A stretch of 64,000 nucleotides of DNA from Raillietiella orientalis (taxonomy: Eukaryota). A program made the position numbers and the translations under genes. Each line of letters begins with the position of its first letter. Position 1 is the stretch's first letter. Below, piece by piece: positions 35,956 to 47,952 of this stretch. The stretch spans positions 1,860,001 through 1,924,000 of the forward strand of contig JAYWIR010000006.1 in assembly GCA_036172245.1 (NCBI GenBank), given 5' to 3'. Under the pieces are notes generated by a model. That model searched no databases. It was not told where the DNA came from and worked only from the letters and a program-made list of their open reading frames with translations.

Positions 35956-38291
35956 TCCCCATTTAGGGCGGTATCGAACAAGTCCATGGGGAGTCGTGAT
36001 CCAGGCTCGTGTTCCTAGAAGATAATCTTGGACGGCGTTATCTGATACATGGACCGCCTTTTAGAACTTCAGGAGTTGCCTAGTAACGGAGCACAAGCTG
36101 GAGCGTTGCCTCGCCTCTTTTACGCAATTCTTTTCTTTTCCATTGGCCAAAGCTACTACTATTAGGATTCTGTCCCAGTGCCGTCCCTCAAAAGAATAGA
36201 ATGCGATTTGAAACAGCGAAGAGAAATGGTGCTTTCGCGTTTCTCTGCCACGCCCATCCCTCAGCAAAGCCCAGAAATCTGAGCCTTGAACGAGCAAGAT
36301 CTTCCGGCATCGAGGATCTCGTCTTGGATTCTTCTTTTCTTTACGAAGTCCAAAGAAAGGTGTAGAAGAATCACAAGGAGGGATGCCCTGCCTCCGTAGC
36401 TCGAGAAGAATGCTGTGGGCTGGTCGCTAGGACAGGATAGAGAGTTTTCTGGAGCATTCTCTCCTGTTCCAGAACCAGAGAGGATGCTTCCAGGTCTGTA
36501 GCATTCCCTCCAGCTCGCCTCCTACTGGGAAAATCAGGGAATGGAATTCTTGTTAGCACTGCCAAGGAGTGGCAGTAGGTTGGACAGGGAGAAGGGACAG
36601 TCTGCCGACGATCCCTCGGTAAAGCCTGCAGAGTGCGTGTTTTGTTATCTCTCTAAAAAGAAGATTTCCTGTTTTCCATGGTTGACTTCTCACAAGAAAA
36701 AGAATGTCAAGGTGGTCGGATCCGGGAGTCGAATTCAGATCTCTCAGTCCACCTTATGGATCGCGGGCAGAACTCGTATCCACCCTCCATGGCCTTCGAC
36801 TTCGTTGTTCCTTTCGAGCCCATGGACTCTGATCCACAACGAACTACCTATCTTTCTTCTTCCGAAACAACAGTTCCATGACCACGAAGACCAAAGGGTT
36901 GACTCCCTTTTCCCAGAAGGTGGACGACCGATGCTTGAAGCATGGAGAAGGGAGATTGGAATTGCAACCTGGGGTCCAGTGCAGTCATGTTTGCATGACC
37001 TGGTGAATCAGTGTAGTCGGAAGAACAAGGAGATCTGTTTCGCTTTCCTTCCAAAGGAACGCGGATTCCGATTGGTTCAGGGGTCAGGAAACAGAGAGCA
37101 CCACCATGCCTTAGAGGGCAAGTAGGTCTGGAGATATCCTTTCTTTCCATTCCCGTAAGAAGAAGCAAAGCAGGAGAAGAATAAATGAGAACAGCTCCGG
37201 GAGAAAGTAAGGAGGCAAGAGAAAATTATCCAAGTGGAGGAGATTCTCTACGACAACGAGCTTTTCACCTACTACATCGTGCCTCCGACGCTGCCGTTGC
37301 TCAGCCTCTGCCAGAAATATCTCTCTCTCGAAAGAGAGAGAGAGAGAAAAGAAAAACATCCGATCGCAAGAGGCTGGCATCTTGAAGCTCACTTGCGAAG
37401 AAAAAGAATCCTTGCCTTTCGCCACTTTCCCAGTTGTCTTCTTCGCAGGAACCAGGAAGCGACCTCGTGCCTGACTCCGGCGGTTTTCTCGAGCGGCGGA
37501 AACACACTGGCTTCTCCCGAGGCACTCTTTGTTCCGTATCCCTTCCTCCTTCCCTCCCGCGACAAGAGCCTTCGTGAGGGCTGCCTTCGGAGGCAGGGAT
37601 CCTCAGGGAAACAAAGATCAATCGAGACTCCCGATGAAAAAAAGCAATGAAAGACAAACGACGGAGGAGGAGTCAGAGGGCGCCTATTAATAGTCCGTGG
37701 ATCCCTCGGAGATCGAAACGGAGAGGGCCAGCAGCGCGCTTGAGGCACACCCTTCGCCGGAAGGTTCCGGTGACCAAAGCGCCCGCGAATCGAGACCGAC
37801 ATTCAAAACGCCGTTCTCCAATCTCATCTTCCCTGTTAGCCGAGAATCTCACTCCCCAATCAGAAAACGCCCACCCCGCGCATGCACGCGTGCCCAGCTC
37901 GTCGGGTCATCGTCGGGCGTGCATCGACTGTGCCGCTCGCTCAAGCACGCCACGTGCTCCGTGGTCGTGCACGTGCATCGAGTTACATGCAGCCACGTCT
38001 GTCTCGTAGCTGGACTCCCTCGCCCTTTCTACACCACGCGTTCTCCCGGACCTCGACACACCGCGCAACACCCGCTCGTGCGCGGCGCATCCCGATGCTG
38101 CAGCACTTCACGGAAGTCGCCGTTGCTGGAGAGCTGACGCGCGCTCTGGGGTGCTTGAGAAAGGTTCAAGTCCTCAGGCTCGCAGTATCCGCTCCGAGAG
38201 AAGCCAGCTGCGGGGCAAGGGAAAGAGAGCGAGCTAGCAGCCAGCATCGACCTCCGGTGGTCACCATCTCTTCTGCTTTCTCTCCCTCAAG

Positions 38292-38519
38292 AGACCCTCG
38301 TGTCCTCCTCCCGCTACCCGGAAGTGCTTGGTGTCGTCTTCGGCTTGCTGGCCCTGATCGCCATCGGGCTGCTCTTCGCTACGGTCGTCCGCAAGAGGTG
38401 CTGTTCTTCACGTACTCCGGAAGGTGCCTCCGGGAACTTCCGGTTCCTCAAATCTCTGGATTCCGGAGGATTCTGGGAAGGATACGCCACTCCTGGACAC
38501 GATCGCCTTAACGCCCCAG
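38292..38519 (+). CDS. Sidestep-family receptor, transmembrane and juxtamembrane exon
   Basis: Pyrimidine tract and AAG acceptor in the required phase 1. Encodes TLVSSSRYPEVLGVVFGLLALIAIGLLFATVVRKRCC (22-aa hydrophobic helix followed by basic residues). The 3' end is uncertain: a donor after 38519 (CAG|GTGGGT) or after 38423 (AAG|GTGCCT), both phase 1. Confidence 0.85.
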
Positions 38520-38589
38520 GTGGGTGGAGCACCCCACAGGGGTCCTCCGCTGACTTCCTCCGGCTGTTCTCATTTCCTCCTCTCCATAG

Positions 38590-38753
38590 CAGCAGACGAG
38601 GGCACCACGGCAGTCACTGAAGATGAGGGCCTCAAAGACCGCAGAACGTCCTCGTGGACAAATGGGTCGTCACCTCGTCCGCTGCCCGAAACAAGCCCTC
38701 TGACGGCCCCCAACAAGAGGGCGTATATTCTGAGTATCCTGCAGAAGCCCAAC
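38590..38753 (+). CDS. Probable cytoplasmic-tail exon of the Sidestep-family receptor (3' end uncertain; frame stays open to the stop at 38972)
   Basis: Branch-like GCTGAC, pyrimidine tract and TAG at 38587-38589. The phase-1 frame reads AADEGTTAVTEDEGLKDRRTSSWTNGSSPRPLPETSP..., a polar tail. Possible donor AAC|GTAGGT at 38754. No conserved motif confirms it. Confidence 0.5.
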
Positions 38754-41700
38754 GTAGGTCGTTCCCCCAAGTCCCTCACCCCTCAACCCATCTCGCTGCC
38801 CTTGGTCCTGAGGCTCCTCCGCGACTCCAAGAGCTACTCGGAACAGTGGATCCAGCATTTGTCTTCGGACGAGTCTTCAGGGCGTGTTCGTTTGGAAGAC
38901 GATATCCACTCCCCCCTCCCTCTCCCCCAAGCTCATGCGCTGCTCCGCTTCCCTGGGATACTGGGTCAATGATCTGGGAGACGAGAGAAACCGACCGACC
39001 TTGGCTGCCGGCGCCCCTGCTGCCGAAGAGGGGAGTTAATGAGGGCCTTTCCCAAAGAGCTCCCTGGAAAGCGCATTTCGCCCTCCTTCCCACTGCGGAG
39101 AACTCTGAGGAACCAGAAGGGGACGCTCTTGCGCTTGAGGAAGGGAATGGAGGTGGGACGGGGCAAATGCAGCGCTTCCCCCTGGCTTGTGACCCTTCCC
39201 CTCCACATTCCCAGCTCCTGCAGCGGCGACGCGCTCTTCATCTTCTAGAGCATCCACCTATTTGTCCAAGGCTGGGAAATGGAGAAGCTGGGTAAAGGAG
39301 GAAGGGGATGGAAGTGATGGAGAAAGCGTGTGCGCGGCGTGGGTACTGCTACTTCCGGGATTGCTACATCGAGTGGGGCCGACGTGAGAGGAAAGAAAGC
39401 AGGGCGCCTATCCAGCGTCATCTGCTCGGCGCCTGGTCCGAGGAGACCTCCGAGGGTCCCTTCGGACCAGACTGGTCTCCTGCAGAGAAACAGCGCATCT
39501 CGGAGCGACGGCAGCCAGGGACGGTAGAAGGCGGGAAGAAGGGTGAGACAAGGGGAGAAAGAGGCAGGGATTTGATATAGAAAGGGTTGATGATAACCGA
39601 AAGAAGTGGACCGTTCTTTTAAGGCCCTCCATTCTTAGCCCTCCGGAGTACTCGAGGACTGAGGGAGAAGTTCGCGCGCTGGGGATGGCGGTCGAACAAC
39701 CAGTTTATCCTCTCGCATCCCCTCCAGGATTCCTTCCTTTTCTTCTTCTAGCAGCTTTCGGGACCGCACAAGGTTCTGGCCTCCTTCTGGAAGGTTCCCT
39801 CCCCCTCCCCCATCCCTTGTGCTCGTTCAAGGCGGCTCGGGACGGGTCTTCGGGCGCGAATAGGCGGTCGCCCCGTCGCTTACCTCCGTCGCCGCCGCGA
39901 GCGCCACTCCCGAGATCGCGGCGCTAATTGTGAAGTCTTCCTCAGCTCAGCGAAAGCGCTTTGTGAACCTCTCCCTTGTTCTTGCGTCCAGTGACATTGT
40001 TGTTGCGAACACTCGTCCCAAACCTCGACCGGCCAGCGAGGCGGAGGGAAGACGCACTCCTGTGAGTAGAGTATCCAAGTTTCCCGGGAGGAACGGGGAG
40101 AGCTTTTTACCCCTCCCCCTCCCCCTTCTGACCGGGGTCTCTCCGGGAACGACAGGCAGTAAGGACAACGACGGCAAGAAGGCGGCATCCGGTGTCTCGT
40201 TCACCGGGAGGAGAGGGAGAGACCAGCGGTGCGGAGGGCAGCTGCTGCCTCGAGCTGAAACGCAGTCCAGGCTCGCTCGGACTGAGGTCCAAGGCCGCCA
40301 GCCTCCCTCGAGCGAGGTCAGAGACCTGCCGAGCGAAGACGTGCGGCGTGGGAGCGAGGACGCACTCCCCTCTTCCTCGGTTCCCGTTTCCGGAAGGAGC
40401 TTCCGCTCCGCTTGCTGCCACCGCCGGCCGGTCCGTCTCCCTCTCCAACGGGAGGAAAACCAGAAAGCGTCTCTTCACGCTTCCTCTCCCCATCACCTGC
40501 GAGGAGTCGTCCAATACATTTCCTGCTGCAGTCCGCGCTCCCCCTTTGAGATGGGGCGCGGTGAGGGGGTGGGCACAGATTTCCGAAGTCCTAGAGTCTG
40601 GGATCTTCGGACGCCTGCAGGCGAGTCATGCCGTGGGTCGACCCAAGGACTGAACTCGCTCCTCGGAAGGGCGCGTCCGGCCACGGAAGAAGGAGCACGA
40701 AGCATCTGCTGGAGGGTTCCGAGTCCACAGTCCCTTCATGTTGACCAACGAGCGGTACTCAACGCTCTGTAACACCTTCGCCGTCGATGACCTTTCCCTT
40801 ACAGCTTTTTAGCAGTCCGGTCCCTGTTTGATTGCCCCCCCCCCCCCAGTCATCGTCCGTCCCAAACCATCGTCCTCAGCCACAGTCATCGTTGGCTTCG
40901 CTGCCGGTCTGTGCACACCTGGCAGCTCTGCCAACCAATAGGGGTCAATGCAAAAAAAGAAAAGGACACTTTGAGTGTGGAGACTGGAGTCAGGGTAGCT
41001 TTTTTGGAAGCCGGTGGAAACAGCAGGACCGATACGATGTCTCCCTCACGATAGGTGGTCAAGGGGAAACCCAGGAAACCATTCCAACCACATGAACGCA
41101 AAGAATTTGGAGATTTGCGCGCCCCACCGGTCTCTCATCCCTGCCCACGAGGAAGAAACGTTTTCCCCCATGAATCAAAGAGTGATCTTCCCAAACCACA
41201 AGCAAGAGAGGAAGGAAGATGACCTCAGTGAAGGAAAAAAAAAAATGGAAAGTGGCCCTCAAGACCCTCGGAAGCGGCCATCTTATTTTTCCACTAAAGA
41301 GGCCTATTTCCCTTGGATTAAAACTGGGAAGTGAGAGACGAAATAGTAGCGCCGCTCGCTGATGCGAAACTCCGTGGAACTTCCGTTGGGTTTGGGAGAA
41401 TTCATGCATTGCTGATTGGTTTGTAGGCGGACCAGAGTTCGGCGCCTTACCTCGGAGAACAGTGGGGGCTGTCTCAGCGGAGGAGATACGTTACCTGACT
41501 TGGGAGTTGAAAAGAAGAAAAAAAGATAGTATTTCATTTTCGGACCTCGGTGTGCATGACAGAGTGCGAAGAAATGAAGCAATCAAGTGTCTCTCCCTGG
41601 TGGAAAAAGGCCTCTCGAAACCTTTCCCGATCGCGAAAGAGTAGAATGCCTCATGTTTCGCTCCGAGACGCGCTTTCATCGATGACGTCAGCAACACCTG

Positions 41701-42344
41701 AAGGGACTTGGTTACTGGTCGCTGGGATTCCAGTGCCCTTCCAGGCGTATCCTCGAAACGGATGCTCTCCTCCATCTGCCGTATTCATCCATCTGCCGCG
41801 GATGCAATGGCTGTGTCTTCTTGGACACAGCTTTTACATGACAAGAATTCTCTGTCACTCTCCACATGCAATCCCGTCGTAAGGTGTTCCTTCCTTGAGA
41901 CCACCGAGTTCCCATTTGAACATCAAGCGGTTTGGCTAGAAGTGGCACTCGCCCGAGTCATCAGGGTGAAGTCCTCATATTATCTCCATAGAAAGAGTCC
42001 CTCGAGCTGAACCCCGTGGAGTGCTTTCTTCCACGGTACGTTCCTTGGCGGAAATTCCAATGCAACGCCTGCTTGGAGGAGGAATCAGTGGAAACGCGCC
42101 TCGCAGCAACAAGAGTGGTTGCTTCCTAGAGCAAAGTTCCTCCGAATCACCTCAGGCACCTGCACTGAGGGCTCTCACGACCTCTGTCCGGATGCACGAG
42201 CTTTGACAGGGAAACATGCACCTACAAAAATTGCTCCAGGCAACGCGTGCCACAGAGGCACGCATGTATGCGCTGCTAGAGCAGGTGCCGATACGTCACG
42301 CTTTTTCCCTCAGAACTGGGCTGAGCGCTGGCTCAGTCAGAACC

Positions 42345-43650
42345 CGTCGGAAAGCTGGCGATACGACGTTCTTGCCTCAGGCATCGGACCGCTAGGAAAT
42401 GGTGTCAGGGCACTAAGGACCTTGTATGAAGAAGGAACAGCCCTGTTCGATTGTCCACGCGTTTTTCTTCTCGGCATCCATCGGAAGAGGCGAGGAGAAA
42501 CGAGCGAGGCGCCGGTGGTTTCTGTAGCGCTGGTGCGCGTGCCGGAGAACCATATTTCCGGCGGGCAGCAAAATTCCTGCTAGAGACGACGGTGGGACAC
42601 ACTCGACAGCGTCAAGCCACGTGACATGGGGACCGCACGTTCCAAAGCGACCATAGAGTTTGTCCTTTTGTGTGCGCCCGCTTCTGCTTTCCAAAGACGT
42701 ACCCATGGCCCGCGTTGGCGACCCCACGTGGCTGCTGTTTCGACGCGTGGTGTCAAACTTCGTGGGTTCGAATCCCCGCGTGGAACATCGACGCCGAGAC
42801 ATGGGTGCGCCATGGGTTTCGAATCCTCCCCGCAGCACGAGGCTGGTTGCCCCGCGGACTTCGGGTGCAGCACTGGTGAAAGCCGGATGCCCCCGTTGAC
42901 TGGCAGGGATCGGAAGTCGGCCCTACGGGATCCTTCCAGGAATCACGGAGCCCGTTTCCTTTGTGGTTCCCTTCCGGTTGTGAAAAGGCCGTGGTTCCCC
43001 ACTCTCACAAGGAACCTTCCATCGCGTATTATGGAACCGGTTGATACCCCCTTCAGAGGGTTTGCTCTCCAGAATGTAAGAAGCTCTCTGCTCCCTTCGG
43101 GGGGCGCTCCTTAGAGAAATTTGGAAGCGACTCTTCGGGGTTCTCTTCAGAGGAGGAAACCAGGAGCGGATCCTTTCCGGATTCCCTCCGGAGAAGAAGT
43201 TTCAGGAGCGACCCCCTCCAGGAGTCCTTCCGAAGAAAATAAGGAAGAGGTTACCTTCTGGGCTTCATCCCAAGAGTAAGAAGAGCAAATGTAAGAGGGT
43301 TCCTTCCTCCGAAGCCCTTCCTGGAATGTTATGTAATTTCTAAAAGTTCCACCCACTCTGTAGTGAGAGTAATCTTCACTTGCACGTGAGTTTAGAAGAC
43401 CCTCGTTGATGGCTAGGAGGCGTACCATGAAGCTGGGTGGTCCCTCCAGGGTCACTCCCTAACTTCAAGAGTTAACGCATCCTCGTGTGGCGTGGACAGC
43501 GTTTAAAGCGCTTCGTGAGTCTCTCCCAAAGAGGCAAAGGGTTTTTCAGAACTTGGCAAACAAAATAAATAAATAAAATAAAATAAAAGCTGAAAGGAAA
43601 GCAGCGAAAACCGGAGAACTCGGAAGGATTTCCATCGTCCTTATCCACCA
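42345..43650 (+). repeat. Dispersed repeat family R, best-preserved copy, with internal tRNA-like A box and B box
   Basis: A-box-like TGGCCCGCGTTGG at 42706-42718 and a perfect B box GGTTCGAATCC at 42765-42775. A second TTCGAATCC at about 42818-42826 and an (AAAT)n tract at 43558-43588. 42380-43213 is nearly identical to 58556-59389. Confidence 0.9.
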
Positions 43651-43924
43651 AGGAAGATATTGGACACTAAGGCCGCCAGCACCTCGCTCACCATCGTACT
43701 GCTTTCGGCAGTCCCAGTCTCTTTCTAGCAGTTGCCACGTTCATTCGAATCCCTGCTCACCTCGCCATGAGCCACCCGACCAATTACCGTTTGTTGAGAA
43801 GCAGCAGGCAGCAGGTAGGACGCAGGTGGAACCATGCCGAGAGAAACCGATCGCCACACTCTGGCGTCGGGAACGAATCAACAGTTCAAGATCGCAGCTG
43901 CACCTCAAGACCGATCCACCTGAG

Positions 43925-44532
43925 GGTGTGTGGATCCGAACTGCGTCAGGTGCAGGGAACGTGGATCCCTCCCGCACCTGCTTGTGGATTGTGTTGCCCT
44001 CCGACTCCTCTGAGAACGCTTTAATGCGACCCTCGGTATCACGAGTGGCAGTCCCAGGGACGCCATAAGACCCCTCTTCATGACGCGACACCCTTTAATC
44101 AGCAGTCTCTTTAGCAGTCCTCTGCTGCCTATGCAGAATTGTATTGACTAGAAGCGATGCAAGAGGAGGACGGGGCGACAAAAATGCCATCCACTTTGTC
44201 TGCTCCATGAAGATGGCAACAAGATGGCTTCGCCTGAACAATATGCAAAGAGAACTTGCCAGCCTCCTCAGTAGGATGCAGAGGACCACCCTTAGCAGAA
44301 AGTGACCCCTTCCCACACAACCCAAGTTTATTTATCTACTTTTTTTTTATTTGTGTTTCTTTTTGTTCATTCCCTTCTCTCTGCTGTCGAGGCGGACCTC
44401 GCCGGCCTGCGCAACAGTAACCCGGCAGGTTCCATAGGAAATGGACATGGATGGACTACCGGTCCTGCCCCCCCCAAATGCAAATGTTTATTCTTATTAA
44501 ATAAACCACGCCCTGGCGCACCCGGATGAAAA
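43925..44532 (+). mobile_element. 5'-truncated L1/Tx1-clade retrotransposon 3' fragment (copy C)
   Basis: Reads VDPNCVRCRERGSLPHLLVDCVALRLL*ERF...GSPRDAIRPLF, homologous to the CCHC region of 46683-47726. Followed by the shared 3' UTR, AATAAA and a terminal hairpin. Confidence 0.85.
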
Positions 44533-44599
44533 TCAAGGCCAATTCAGACGCACGAATTTTTCTTGAGGACACGAGTGGGGCCTCGGCGCTCTCTCTAAG

Positions 44600-45100
44600 A
44601 TCGGCAATCATCTGCGTTGGAAGGACTCCTCGATACAAATTTGAATCAATTCCGGCAACGCAGGAGGGAGGGAAGAAATAGTTCGATTCAACTGTCGGGA
44701 GCGACGGGGTCTCCTAGGGTGGCTCGATGAGTGCCACTCCTCCCTGTTTACTCGAAGGAAGGATGAAATCTCCCTTCTTCCACGCAGCGTACATAGCCAT
44801 TTTCGGATATCGACGCCCCCTTTCCTCAGTTGAATGGCGCCCTTCACGACCCCCCGGAAGTCAGTCGACGTTCAGGGTCGTGTGGAAAGTCGCCGAGTTT
44901 CCTCCAAGTGAGGGATGTTCGCAAAACATCTTAGAAATGTTCGGAGAAACCACCTCTGCCGATGGGAGCGCAGAAGAAGGCGAGACAGGAAATGCGATAT
45001 CGTCGGACGGAGGAAGCTCCCAACTGGTTGCCGTCGGGTCACTCAGCGGTCTCCAGGATTCCCGGTCCTGGCACCCTCCTTGCACGCGAGGATGCCAGCT
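44600..45100 (-). mobile_element. Decayed AP-endonuclease domain remnant of a non-LTR retrotransposon
   Basis: Minus strand reads LGDF-HTTLNVD across one frameshift (cf. GDFN..L...D). It is preceded by ALPSAE (cf. YAP) and followed by EEWHSSSHP...RSRQLNR (cf. D.WR..HP...SRLD). Confidence 0.35.
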
Positions 45101-45989
45101 GCGGACCGGAGTCATTCCCACAGTTGAGGAATAGTGAGGGAGGGGGAAGGGACGAACACGGAGGCCCAGCATCCTGCACGCTCAGTCTCTACCCCGTCTC
45201 TCTTCCTCCCTGCCCTCCACAGGAGTGAAACAGAAGGTTTCCGAAAGTAGGGAAAGGGCTGCCTTGCCGCCGGCTTGGGGAGAGGCCGGTGGTGATTTCT
45301 TCCTTTCACCAGGTGGCTTCTCTCAATTCGTCCCCACGAAGGAGTGCGCGTAAAAAGTCCTCCCCCACGGACACGGGTGTTGAGATTCTGGTGGACTCCA
45401 ATCGGGATTCGATAGGAGGGGAATGCGCGCCTTTGTTGGCCATGTGGTGGAACACCGTAGAAGAAGGTCGGTTCTAAGGCGCGACAACCTCCATCCCACA
45501 AGCAGCATAGCCGCATTTCCGACCCTTCTCTGCGAGTTTTGTTCCTTCCTGGACCCGTTGAAGCCGCGAAAGAGAGAGGACATCTAATTCAGTCTTCTCT
45601 GATTCGCGCTCGGACTCTAGGGTGAGAAATCCTTCAGGATGGATGCCGAAAGGGCAGTGGGGATGGTTTATCCAGCATCGCGGAGGATAGCTCTACCTCG
45701 GCGCCGCAGCTCTGCTTTCACAGCAACTGTCTTCCGAGCAGGAACCTCCGAGAGATGGAAAAAAGTGACATGTGAAGAGATAGAGGAGGAGGAGAGGAGG
45801 AAGAGGAATGGTAACGGGGAGAAGCACGCTGTTTGTGCATTTATTGAATCCTGAGAAGGAGAGGGAGAGAGACGCTCATGATGACAGAACAGCTTCCGCG
45901 CAAAACAAACAGAAGAGAACAACGGCTCTCGCGAGTCCAACCAATGCCAACAGGGACGGTCGCTGCTAACCCTCCACGCAGCCACCCAG

Positions 45990-47937
45990 AGGAATTAGGG
46001 ATGAAAATGACTCACAGTGCAACTCATCCAGCGCGACAGGCAAGACACTTTATCCCCGACTAATCCCAAGTTACCTGCACTGACTTTGGCAACCCTGCTG
46101 AGCTCGTGTCCCGGCACTCCCGCCGTGTCGGCCTACGCAGACTGTCGGCTCTGCTGTTGCTCCCCGGGCCTACCCCGACTTACGCTCTCGAGGAGTTCTT
46201 CGAGTTGCTACGCCGCGGGACGGGCCTGGGGGTGAACAGGGCGAAGTCGTCGATCATTCAAATCGACTCGGAGTGGGCTGGACGGCCGGACTGGATCAGC
46301 TTGGGGATTCCCACGGAGGGGTACTTGAAGTACCTCGGCGTTCCGTTGGGGGACTTCTGCCAGTCGGAAGCCTGGTCAGGTCATCTCCAGAAAGTGGAGT
46401 CGGCGATCGGCCCGTTCCTGGAAGGCAGGTTTCACTTGCCGGAACGGGCCGCGGTGTGGAACGCGTTCGCGGCCCCCCTCCTTCGCCCCCTGCTTTTTGT
46501 TTGCCCCATACCCCGTGAATGGAAAAAAAGAACGAAGGACCTCCTGCGCATCGCCCTGTGGGGCGGCGGGAGGCCTCGTGTGCCTCTAAAGGATTTGTGC
46601 GCTCCACGTCGGGACGGAGGTCTTAGCGTCCTGACGCTGGAGCGCGTGGCGGCGGTGGCGTACCCTAGCCATCGCGGCGAAGATGTGGAGCACCCCTTGG
46701 TGCGTTCCAGCCCGCCTTCCCGCCAGACGTGTGTCCGGGACTGAAGGACTCGCGTCTTTTCTTCTGTGCTCCGGCCGGAAAATAAGAAGATGCGGACTTC
46801 CCCTGGGACGCATGGCCACCCTGGCAAAGGAGAACGGGTGGATGGCCTGTAGCCCCGCCAACTCCAGCGCATGGCTGAAAGAAACAGTTGAAACGTGGGC
46901 AAAGTTAAACGACCTCAGCGGAGAATCCTGCAACCGTCTGCGTACCGGCATCTACACCCGCTGCACGCTGCGGAACATGATCGTGTGTCCCGCCAGAAGC
47001 ACTTTTGCGGAGACGACCCCACTGGCCACGGCGCTGCCCTTCCTACGAAGGGCGCTTCAAAACAGCCGGAAGCCGAGATGGCAAGTCTCCTGCCGAATAG
47101 CGGGCAAGGAGAAGGATCTAAGTGGGTGGACCATGAGGGAACTGGCAGAAGCCGCGACCCCAAGCGTTCACCCGCATGGAATACGGAGATGGGGAGAGCT
47201 GCTTGGCATCCCGGTGGATGACCTAGAGTGGCCCCCGTTGTTCAGAGACTCATCCACCCTCTTCCTCAAGTGGCAGGAAACGGCGCTGCTGTTGTTGCAC
47301 TGGTGTCTTCCCTGCAACGCGCGCCGCCACCACTGGACGTTGGTGAACGTGGGACAGAACTGTGCAGTGTGCGGGGAGAAGGAATTCCTCCCCCATCTGT
47401 TAGTGGACTGCGCTGCCCTCCGGCCCTTGTGGGAACGTTTTGCTACGAACCTTTCAATGCCGGTAGGCAGCACCCCCAGAGACGTTATGAGACTCCTCTT
47501 CGTGCGACACGCCCTGACACCAGCCTCAGCTTTGGCAGCACTTTGCTGCCTCCGAGGGATTGTGGCAGCGTGGAGCGCAACCAGCAGAGGAAGCAAAGAC
47601 AGGGACCCCATCGTACACGTGGGTCGCTACCTGCGAATCGCGATCGGCTGGTCCCATCTGGGAGCTATGACGACGGACCTCGAGGGCATCCTGGAAAGGA
47701 TGGTCTCTTTCTCCAGCGGGCTGTGATCCCTTCCCAGCCCTCCAAATAGTTTCTTTTTGTTTATTTCATTTATTTTTCTTTTTGTTTTACCCCCTATCCC
47801 CTACGCTGCCGAGGAAAGACAAGCCGGCCTCAGAAGCGGCTTCCTGGCTGGTCCCATGAAATATTGGCCGTAGCGGGACCTAGTACCGCAAATGTGAAGT
47901 GTTTATCAATAAACGCCCCGGCGTGATCGGGTGAAAA
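45990..47937 (+). mobile_element. 5'-truncated L1/Tx1-clade non-LTR retrotransposon (copy A): RT C-terminal half, thumb, CCHC knuckle and 3' UTR
   Basis: Degenerate RQ-DTLSP and SAYAD, then GLGVNRAKS, LKYLGVPLG and LWGGGRPRVPLKDLCAPRRDGGLSV (46106-46744). After a frameshift, a 347-aa ORF (46683-47726) contains LLLHWCLP and CAVCGEKEFLPHLLVDC. The 3' UTR has AATAAA at 47908. Confidence 0.95.
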
Positions 47938-47952
47938 CTCCCCAGTGTCCCA

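Noticed and set aside
36540..37150. LINE endonuclease remnant based on KGDWNCNL (and FPFEHQAVWLEV near 41900)
   Set aside because: Single isolated motifs without enough ordered neighbours to call.
39930..40772. 280-aa ORF, and similar 200-300 aa ORFs at 1285, 7107, 13705(-), 24299(-), 28293(-), 29201(-) and 29616
   Set aside because: R/S/P/G-biased, with no recognisable domain and often non-ATG starts. Expected by chance in GC-rich sequence or antisense to real exons.
42699..42787. Functional tRNA gene (also at 58875-58963)
   Set aside because: A and B boxes are present, but I could not fold a proper acceptor, D and anticodon cloverleaf, and the segment is embedded in a dispersed repeat.
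44385..44440. HDV-like ribozyme in the Tx1 3' UTR (CCTCGC motif)
   Set aside because: CCTCG is explained by a simple CGAGG/CCTCG hairpin, and I could not build the nested double pseudoknot.
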